From positions 182 to 64,181 of the forward strand of contig JAHFNB010000004.1 in the NCBI GenBank assembly GCA_023267595.1: a stretch of DNA of 64,000 nt. The letters run 5' to 3'. This document shows positions 57,043-64,000 of this stretch, one piece after another (position 1 is the first letter of the stretch; each line of letters starts with the position of its first letter). Below the pieces are notes generated by a model. That model did no database searches, was not told the DNA's origin, and worked only from the letters and a program-made list of their open reading frames with translations. Position numbers and translations under genes: made by a program. The DNA is from a bacterium (GTDB lineage: Bacteria > Patescibacteriota > Minisyncoccia > Phycocordibacterales > UBA5272).

Positions 57043-58758
57043 TTAATGGATACTATTTTCCAATGATTGTATTAATGTTTTGTAATATGTCTTTGGCCAT
57101 ACATGCTCGGTATATTTGTACCATTCATGGACAAGGCTAAATCGTGACGAACTATCAAAACTATAAACGGGAAGTTTTGTATGTATAGTGTCATTGGTTA
57201 TATAAATAAGAGATGGCGCAAAAAGAAATATTCCTGGAGTTTCTTCAGAGAATTCTTTTTTAACTGCTTCGTATGCAGTGATACGTGCTAGTTCGTCTTC
57301 ATCAGTACGTAGTGTTTCAAGATTGGTGTCTAACTTCTTACTCACATAATTTGAAATGTTTAATCCTGGGTATGTTCTTTGTGAAGAATGCCAAAATGCG
57401 TAAAGGTCAGATGGATTCTGAGTAATAGAACCAAATAACAATGCTTGGAAGTCTCGTTCTTTTATTACGGATTGATTAAGATCAGATACTTCATAAACAG
57501 CAATCGTTGTATGAACACCAATTATTTCCCAATTTGCTTTTATCATTTCTGCAACCTTCTTCATTTCATCAGTGTTTGCTGTAGCAAGAGTGATATCAAT
57601 AGTACTCGATGCTTTTTTAAATGCTTTATTGGTAGATAAAAGTGCACGTGCTTGTGCAACATCATATGGAGAAGGGGTGATATCTTCATCAAAAGGATAT
57701 GGGTCATTGATTACCTTTCCATATTTATGGAGTACTGTGTCAACAATTGCTTGCTTATTAATTGCAAGAGAAAGTGCTTTGCGTACTTGTTTGTCAGACA
57801 AGATGTTTGCTTTATTTGGATTAAAGAAAATAGAAAAGGTTCGAGGAAGTAATGATGTATGAATACTATTTGTTGGTAGAGAAAGAGAGTCAACTTTTTC
57901 TGGTGAGATGCCGTGTATTCTATCTACGTCTCCATTTTCAAATGCTTGAAGCAGATACTTTTCATTTTGATATGTATCAATAATAACTGTATCTACATAA
58001 GGGCGATTAAGTGTATATGTTTTATGTGCTTCTAGAGTAAAGGTAACAGGGATACCAGAATTAGTCTTTATGTCAGTAATTTTATATGGACCACTACCGA
58101 TTGCATGAATATTAAAATCACTAAGACTAAATTGTTCCTCAGAAAGATTCTTCCAAACATTTTTTGGAAGAATACCAATGCTCAATATATCCATAAAAAG
58201 AGGAAATGGTTTTTTAAGAGAAAAAGTAAACTCATTATCATTTTGTTTTTCAATACTTACTCCTTCCCACTCAATACGATGAGGACTTTTTATATTTGGA
58301 TCTTGGATAAGAGAAATAGTATAGATGACATCATCACTTGTTACTTTTGTTCCGTTATGAAAATAGGCTGAAGATTTAAGTACTACGTCGTAGTGTAATC
58401 GATCATCACTTTCAGTAATTGATTCTGCCATATCAAGAACAGTTCGCCCAAGTTCATCTTTTTTGGTGAGTCCTGCATAAATAAGTGAGGTGAGATCCTT
58501 GTCTTGTTCACTGCTTGCAAGTACTGGGTTTATGAAGCGAGGAGTTCCAATAATTCCTTCATGAATCTTACCTCCATAGGAAGGAGTAGTGATGAGGAAT
58601 CTAGTATTAAAAATAATAAGTGCTGAAAAAATAAGTACTATAGAAAGAGATATAAGAGCCCACAATGCTAAAACATACTCTGGAGAAAGAGATGTGTAGA
58701 GAACACGTATATGATCACGTAATACTTTTATTTTTGAGATATAGTTTTGAGTGTCCAT
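57043..58758 (-). CDS. ABC transporter substrate-binding protein, family 5 (peptide-type)
   Basis: EGIIG.PRFINPVL, FHNG..VTSDDV.YT, IGSGPY, VRKALSLAINK. Confidence 0.88.
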   Translation of the reverse strand: MDTQNYISKIKVLRDHIRVLYTSLSPEYVLALWALISLSIVLIFSALIIFNTRFLITTPSYGGKIHEGIIGTPRFINPVLASSEQDKDLTSLIYAGLTKKDELGRTVLDMAESITESDDRLHYDVVLKSSAYFHNGTKVTSDDVIYTISLIQDPNIKSPHRIEWEGVSIEKQNDNEFTFSLKKPFPLFMDILSIGILPKNVWKNLSEEQFSLSDFNIHAIGSGPYKITDIKTNSGIPVTFTLEAHKTYTLNRPYVDTVIIDTYQNEKYLLQAFENGDVDRIHGISPEKVDSLSLPTNSIHTSLLPRTFSIFFNPNKANILSDKQVRKALSLAINKQAIVDTVLHKYGKVINDPYPFDEDITPSPYDVAQARALLSTNKAFKKASSTIDITLATANTDEMKKVAEMIKANWEIIGVHTTIAVYEVSDLNQSVIKERDFQALLFGSITQNPSDLYAFWHSSQRTYPGLNISNYVSKKLDTNLETLRTDEDELARITAYEAVKKEFSEETPGIFLFAPSLIYITNDTIHTKLPVYSFDSSSRFSLVHEWYKYTEHVWPKTYYKTLIQSLENSIH

Positions 58759-58799
58759 AACCTTAACCTTCTTTCATGGACTGTCTAGTACGTCTTGAG

Positions 58800-59024
58800 T
58801 TAACGAGCAATAAGCGGGTATGCAAGAGAAAGCACAAAAACTACTGCTACTATAATAGTAAGGCGGTGTAGTGACTTTTCTGCTCCACGCTTTTCAAGCG
58901 TTGCACCTGATCCTCCATCTGCACCGAAAGCACCTGATGCATCAGTGTTTGCTCGTTGTATTAAGACAAGAGCAATGAGGAGAATGGCTAGTATTAACTG
59001 CACAATAGACAGCAAATGAAACAT
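58800..59024 (-). CDS. secG: Preprotein translocase subunit SecG
   Basis: VLIQ....SGAFG, RGAEK.L..LTI; two TM segments. Confidence 0.9.
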   Translation of the reverse strand: MFHLLSIVQLILAILLIALVLIQRANTDASGAFGADGGSGATLEKRGAEKSLHRLTIIVAVVFVLSLAYPLIAR

Positions 59025-59076
59025 GGGACTAGTATACCATAGGTGAATTATCCTCTGCAAATTAAGTACGGTCTCG

Positions 59077-62000
59077 TTATTGAAGTACTTTTACCTCATC
59101 AATTGCAATAGTTTTTTCTCCATTTCTTGTAGAGACTTTACCACGCATAATAAGGGGAGTGTCGAGTTTCAAGATACTTTTATAACGTTTATATATTTCC
59201 GGGAAAATAGCCACTTCGATAACACCTGTGTAATCACGTAATTTAACAAGTGCCATCTGGTCTCCTTTTTTGGTCATGGTAGTTTTTATAGTTTCTATAA
59301 TTATTGCGAGAGATACTTCTTTACCATCAGGAGTTTCTGAATGGACTTTTTCAATATCAATACCACGACTTTCAATTTTTTCTTTCCATGGATCAAGTGG
59401 AAATCCTGAAACAAAAAGTCCGAGCAATTCTTTTTCCCATGCTAATTTTTGTTCTGCGGTAACAGGGGGTGCTTTTTTCATAACAAATGTTGAGGTCTCC
59501 ATACCACCAAATAAACTATGTTGCATGATGTTGTCTTTTACAACATGTTTATGAAAACTTAAAATGCTATCCATATTAGCAAGTATCTCTCCACGTTCAC
59601 CTAATTCATCAAGTGCTCCACACATGGTGAGTGCTTCGATAGATCGTTTATTTAAGTTTTGGTGTGTGACACGGCGAATGAAATCTTCAAATGATATGAA
59701 CTTTCCTTTTTCGTTTCGTTCTTTAATAATTGCGTCTGCAATATCGCTACCTAGATTTTTAATGGTATAGAGACCAAAACGTATTTCTTCTTTACCGTTA
59801 TCATCTTCAACAATAGAAAATTCTCCCTGACTCATATTAATATCAGGTGGTAATACTTTTATTTTCATACGTTTACATTCAGAAACGATTTCTGCAATCT
59901 TTTCTATATCACCACTTTCATTAGTCATGATGGATGTCATGTAGGCAACAGGGAAGTTTGCTTTCATGTATGCTGTTTGGTAGGCAACACGTCCATAACT
60001 AGCAGCATGTGCTTTGTTGAATCCATATGCGGCGAATGGTTCGATAAGTGACCAAAGTAACTGGCTTTTCTTAGCAGAGAGACCATGCTCAACGAAACCT
60101 TTCAAAAGGTTTTCTTTTTGTGCTTGCATTTCTGCGGGAATCTTTTTACCCATTGCTTTACGAAGTGTATCTGCTTTAAGCCATGAGTATCCTGCTAAGT
60201 GAATAGCAATGAGCATCACATCATCTTGGTAAACAATGACACCAAATGATTGATCAAGAATTGGTTCTAATCTCGGATCCACATATGAAATAAGTGAAGG
60301 GTCATGTTTACGTTTTATATATTCAGGAATCATTTCAAGAGGTCCTGGACGATACAGTGCTACCATTGCATTTATATCAAATATAGTTGTTGGCTTTAAC
60401 TCTTTTAAAAATCGCGTCATTCCAGAACCATTTAATTGAAATAGTCCCATTGTTTCACCTCGAGCAAGCATGTCAAAAGTTTTCTGATCATCAAGAGGAA
60501 TCTCTTCTATATCAATATCAACGCTGTAGCGTTTCTTTGCAATTTTAATTGCGTCTCCAAGAATTGTTAAGTTACGAATACCAAGAAAATCAAATTTAAG
60601 CAATCCCGCGTCTTCAATAGTGTACATGTCATATTGTGTAATAATTTTCCCACCTTTTGGATCTTTTTGAATTGGTGTAAAGTCCCAAAGTGGAGAAGGG
60701 GAGATAACAGTGCCTGCAGCATGAACAGAAATATGACGTGCACACCCTTCTACTTTTTGTGCCATATCTAGAATAATTTGTGTCTCACGGTCGGTGTCAT
60801 ACATTTCCTTGAGTTCTGGAATGTCATCAAGCGCGCTTTTGATAGTAACCGGAAAGCCTTGTTTTGGCATTGGAATTAACTTACTAATTCTATCGCCTAC
60901 AATATAAGGGAATTTCATTGCACGTGCTACGTCACGCACTGCACCACGTGCCATCATCGTACCGAATGTTCCAATCTGTGCAACATTATCCATACCATAT
61001 TTTGCTCGCACATAGTCAAGCACTTCATCACGTCCTGTATCTGCAAAGTCCATATCAATATCAGGTGCAGAAGGACGTTCAGGATTTAAAAATCGTTCGA
61101 AAGGGAGTTTATATTCGAGAGGGTTACATTTTGTAATACGAAGAAGATATGTAGTAAGAGACCCTGCAACTGATCCACGAATATTAGTGAGTATGTCATG
61201 TTCTCGTGCATAGCGTAGTAAATCGTATACCACCAAGAAATATGGCGAGTACCCTTTATCCTTAATTACTTTTAATTCGTAGTCGAGACGTGTTTGTATT
61301 ATTTCATTTAATTCTAATCCTCTAATCTCTATACCTTTGTATGCAAGTTCACGAAGATCTTCATCGTAACTTTTTTTATATTCAATATTTGGAAACACCC
61401 ATGCACCAAGTGGTATTTTCAAGTCACATTTCTCTGCGATTTTTTCAGTATTTTCTAGTGCATCAGGTACATCAGAAAACATACCGTGTACTTCATTTTG
61501 TGAGAGAAAAGAAAAAGAATCTTTTTGAAAGAGATGATTATATGACTCAGTTGAATGCTCATCACCGTGTACAAGATAGAGTGTCTTATGTGCAGGCTTA
61601 TCTTGTTCTTGTAAATAATGTGTATTGCATGTAGCAACAAGGGGAGTATTTGTAGTCTTTCCATATTCTATAGTTTTTGTTCGCATAGTCTCTCCATGCT
61701 CCATAGATTTTTGAGGATTTATTTCAAGATAAAAATCCTCGCCAAAGTTTTCTTTGTAAAAGGCTAACCTCTCATCTGCTTCTTTTCTATTAATTACAAG
61801 AAGGTTACTAATATCACCCCAGACACCACCAGATAAAACAATGAGCCCTTCTTTATAGGTTGTGAGAATACTATCAGTTATTACAGGGGAGAGTGGATTA
61901 GTAACGTTTACAATAGAAGTAATACGCATCAAGTTTTTGTACCCTATAGTATTTTTTGCAATAAGGATGATTTGAAATACTCTGTCATTATATTGAAGAG

Positions 62001-62199
62001 AGTATTCCACACCTATAATAGGTTTAATACCTTTATCAAGACAGGTTTTATAGAACTCTATAGTGCCATACATATTACTATAGTCAGTAATAGCAAGAGA
62101 TGTCATTTTTAGTTGGTTAGCCTTTTTTATCAGATCTCCTACCTTGGGAAGTGCTTTTAAAAGGGAATAATGAGTATGATTACGGAGATGGACGAACAT
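59077..62199 (-). CDS. dnaE: DNA polymerase III alpha subunit
   Basis: FVHLRNHTHYSLL PHP domain, FERFLNPER, PDIDMDF, YGFNKAHA, C-terminal OB fold. Confidence 0.98.
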   Translation of the reverse strand: MFVHLRNHTHYSLLKALPKVGDLIKKANQLKMTSLAITDYSNMYGTIEFYKTCLDKGIKPIIGVEYSLQYNDRVFQIILIAKNTIGYKNLMRITSIVNVTNPLSPVITDSILTTYKEGLIVLSGGVWGDISNLLVINRKEADERLAFYKENFGEDFYLEINPQKSMEHGETMRTKTIEYGKTTNTPLVATCNTHYLQEQDKPAHKTLYLVHGDEHSTESYNHLFQKDSFSFLSQNEVHGMFSDVPDALENTEKIAEKCDLKIPLGAWVFPNIEYKKSYDEDLRELAYKGIEIRGLELNEIIQTRLDYELKVIKDKGYSPYFLVVYDLLRYAREHDILTNIRGSVAGSLTTYLLRITKCNPLEYKLPFERFLNPERPSAPDIDMDFADTGRDEVLDYVRAKYGMDNVAQIGTFGTMMARGAVRDVARAMKFPYIVGDRISKLIPMPKQGFPVTIKSALDDIPELKEMYDTDRETQIILDMAQKVEGCARHISVHAAGTVISPSPLWDFTPIQKDPKGGKIITQYDMYTIEDAGLLKFDFLGIRNLTILGDAIKIAKKRYSVDIDIEEIPLDDQKTFDMLARGETMGLFQLNGSGMTRFLKELKPTTIFDINAMVALYRPGPLEMIPEYIKRKHDPSLISYVDPRLEPILDQSFGVIVYQDDVMLIAIHLAGYSWLKADTLRKAMGKKIPAEMQAQKENLLKGFVEHGLSAKKSQLLWSLIEPFAAYGFNKAHAASYGRVAYQTAYMKANFPVAYMTSIMTNESGDIEKIAEIVSECKRMKIKVLPPDINMSQGEFSIVEDDNGKEEIRFGLYTIKNLGSDIADAIIKERNEKGKFISFEDFIRRVTHQNLNKRSIEALTMCGALDELGERGEILANMDSILSFHKHVVKDNIMQHSLFGGMETSTFVMKKAPPVTAEQKLAWEKELLGLFVSGFPLDPWKEKIESRGIDIEKVHSETPDGKEVSLAIIIETIKTTMTKKGDQMALVKLRDYTGVIEVAIFPEIYKRYKSILKLDTPLIMRGKVSTRNGEKTIAIDEVKVLQ

Positions 62200-62275
62200 A
62201 GTATGATCAGTATATCAGTAAGAAGAAAACAGAAGAAAATCAGTCACTAGCCTCGTATTGATATACTTATAAGAT

Positions 62276-62920
62276 ATGAATAAAGCAAAAAAGTATAAAG
62301 GAGTAATAGGTATAGATGAAGTAGGGCGTGGTCCACTTGCAGGGCCTGTTACAGTTTGTGCTATTTATATAGAAAATACAAAACTAGTTAAAAAAGATAT
62401 ATTTGAAGATAATATTAGAGATTCCAAGAAAATAAAAAAAACTACTAGAAACAGTATATATTTAACTATTAGTAAAAACAGATATTTAAAAACAAATATA
62501 AAGTATTCAATTTCTTCAGTATCTGCTAAGTATATTGATAAATATGGTATTCAAGCATCAATAAAGAAATGTGTAGATAAATCTTTATCTGATCTTAAGG
62601 CACTAGGTATTCTTATAGAGAAAATACCTATACATATGGATGCTGGTCTTGTTTCTAGTCATAAAAATCTTAGACAAAGTAATTTCATTAGAGGGGATGA
62701 GAGTTTTACGGAGATAGCACTTGCGTCTATTATGGCGAAAGAAGAGAGAGATATCTACATGCAAAAGTTACATAAAGTGTTTTCTAAGTATAATTGGCAG
62801 AAAAATGTAGGATATGGAACAAAAAAACATAGAGAAGCAATAGACAGGTACGGTATTACAAAATACCATAGAATCTCTTATTTAAAGGCTTTTAAACAAT
62901 TCGATAAAACAGATAATTAA
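62276..62920 (+). CDS. rnhB: Ribonuclease HII
   Basis: GIDEVGRGPLAGPV, DSKK, IALASIMAK, GYGT..H. Confidence 0.95.
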   Translation: MNKAKKYKGVIGIDEVGRGPLAGPVTVCAIYIENTKLVKKDIFEDNIRDSKKIKKTTRNSIYLTISKNRYLKTNIKYSISSVSAKYIDKYGIQASIKKCVDKSLSDLKALGILIEKIPIHMDAGLVSSHKNLRQSNFIRGDESFTEIALASIMAKEERDIYMQKLHKVFSKYNWQKNVGYGTKKHREAIDRYGITKYHRISYLKAFKQFDKTDN

Positions 62921-63092
62921 AAATATCATTAAAATTGATAAATATTAGTATATTTTTACTTGTTTTTATCATGTAATTCTCTTATTTTAGTATATTTTTT
63001 GATGATCATAATTAGGTGTAAAAATATACACATTTTTTGATATCAAAATAATGATTTTAACGTTTTAAAATAAGGGTTTTTTGATTTGTATT

Positions 63093-63123
63093 TTATCCAC
63101 AACTTTTACCTATTTTATCCACC
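63093..63123 (+). promoter_or_regulatory. Two DnaA-box-like sites next to a very AT-rich tract
   Basis: TTATCCACA 63093-63101 and TTATCCACC 63115-63123. Confidence 0.45.
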
Positions 63124-63164
63124 TTTTTAAGTGATTTTTTATTATACTTACTATATCAAATTGC

Positions 63165-64000
63165 ATGTTCGATTCTAGTTATAAAAATTTTCGAGTTTAC
63201 TTTTTTCTTGTCTATTTGATTATTTTCTTATTCTCACCCTTTTCTACGGTATTTGCATCACAAAGAACAGTACAATTTTTCAATACTTCAAGATCACTAG
63301 TAACTGCAAAATCTATATTTACACCATCAACATTTGTATGGCGAAATGTTTCCTTGTCTACCCATACCTTTACACATACACTTCCACAAAAAATTGCTTC
63401 ACAGGTCCCATCTCATTTTTTGTTTACAACACCAGTACTCGGATATATGCCTACCAAAATGGGGGGGTACGTATCTCACAATGATGTGGGAGATCTTTTT
63501 CGAGAAGACCCTTTATCTTTCTTAAATTCACCATTAAGTAAAAAAATATACTGTTCTCTTATTGCAAAAATATCTTCACTTACCATGTATGATTGTGGAG
63601 TTAGTAGCGAAACATTTGTTATTAAGAAAACACCAGAGATAAAGGATATAGAATTATTATATACACAACCACGCAGTGTAACTGTTGTAGGATTACCACT
63701 CTCTGATATAGGTGAAAAACTTTTCATACAACATGTTCCGCATGTGCTCACCAAAGAAACATTTTCAGATACAACAATACAAGAGTATACAAAAGAATTT
63801 GCTCTCAATGTTCCCCGCATTAGTCATATTTCTCTTTTACCAATTGCTCGGTATTCGAAGTTTGCTTTTGGTGGTGATCTTACACAAGCCGCAACAACAT
63901 TACGTACAAGTAACCGCTCCCTCCCACTCTTTGATCAACTCTCACTCTCAGTATTCTGTTCTCTCGCATCTCTTTCTACTTCTGTAGATACATCACGATG
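63165..64000 (+). CDS. Exported protein, N-terminal part (runs off window; absent from ORF track)
   Basis: Open frame from ATG 63165 to the window end; signal-like MFDSSYKNFRVYFFLVYLIIFLFSPFSTVFA. Confidence 0.75.
   Translation, partial: MFDSSYKNFRVYFFLVYLIIFLFSPFSTVFASQRTVQFFNTSRSLVTAKSIFTPSTFVWRNVSLSTHTFTHTLPQKIASQVPSHFLFTTPVLGYMPTKMGGYVSHNDVGDLFREDPLSFLNSPLSKKIYCSLIAKISSLTMYDCGVSSETFVIKKTPEIKDIELLYTQPRSVTVVGLPLSDIGEKLFIQHVPHVLTKETFSDTTIQEYTKEFALNVPRISHISLLPIARYSKFAFGGDLTQAATTLRTSNRSLPLFDQLSLSVFCSLASLSTSVDTSR

Noticed and set aside
9833-61664. Numerous antisense or nested ORFs inside core genes (e.g. 10250..10720, 20751..21167, 49070..49666, 55819..56289)
   Set aside because: Shadow frames of well-supported genes with no recognisable motifs or initiation signals.
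1-64000. Recoded TGA (genetic code 25)
   Set aside because: Core genes are uninterrupted under code 11 and TGA acts as a stop (e.g. 18543-18545).

Overview
AT-rich chromosomal segment of a Patescibacteria (CPR, most likely Parcubacteria) genome using standard code 11. The taxonomy is inferred from gene content: CPR-type bS21, VirB2-like pilin array, short UvrC, homodimeric GlyRS and split transketolase. Content is mostly housekeeping: ftsA/ftsZ, hisS, lepB, pth, rpsA, gyrA, glyQS, rpmG, a gap/pentose-phosphate cluster, tgt, uvrB/A/C, nrdAB, rnj, secG, dnaE and rnhB. There are also two tRNAs, a small glycosylation cassette and scattered single ORFan cassettes. No integrase, transposase, reverse transcriptase or CRISPR array is visible. 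The most unusual signals are non-coding. (1) Both tRNA genes are followed by the same architecture: tRNA 3' end, an antisense copy matching that particular tRNA, a structured core starting AGGGGTCG, then a direct copy of the 3' end; the tRNA-Val unit is tandemly duplicated (145 bp). (2) Five unrelated genes share a phased promoter, TCC(A/C)-(CTN5)x3-CT(G/A)-TA(T/A)ACT, 6-9 nt before the ATG. (3) The same 7-bp-periodic arrays form inverted arms around a four-helix-bundle (IVP/Avd-like) gene and occur as empty inverted pairs elsewhere. (4) Core genes look largely leaderless while ORFans carry Shine-Dalgarno motifs. All calls come from reading the sequence by eye; no searches or folding programs were run.
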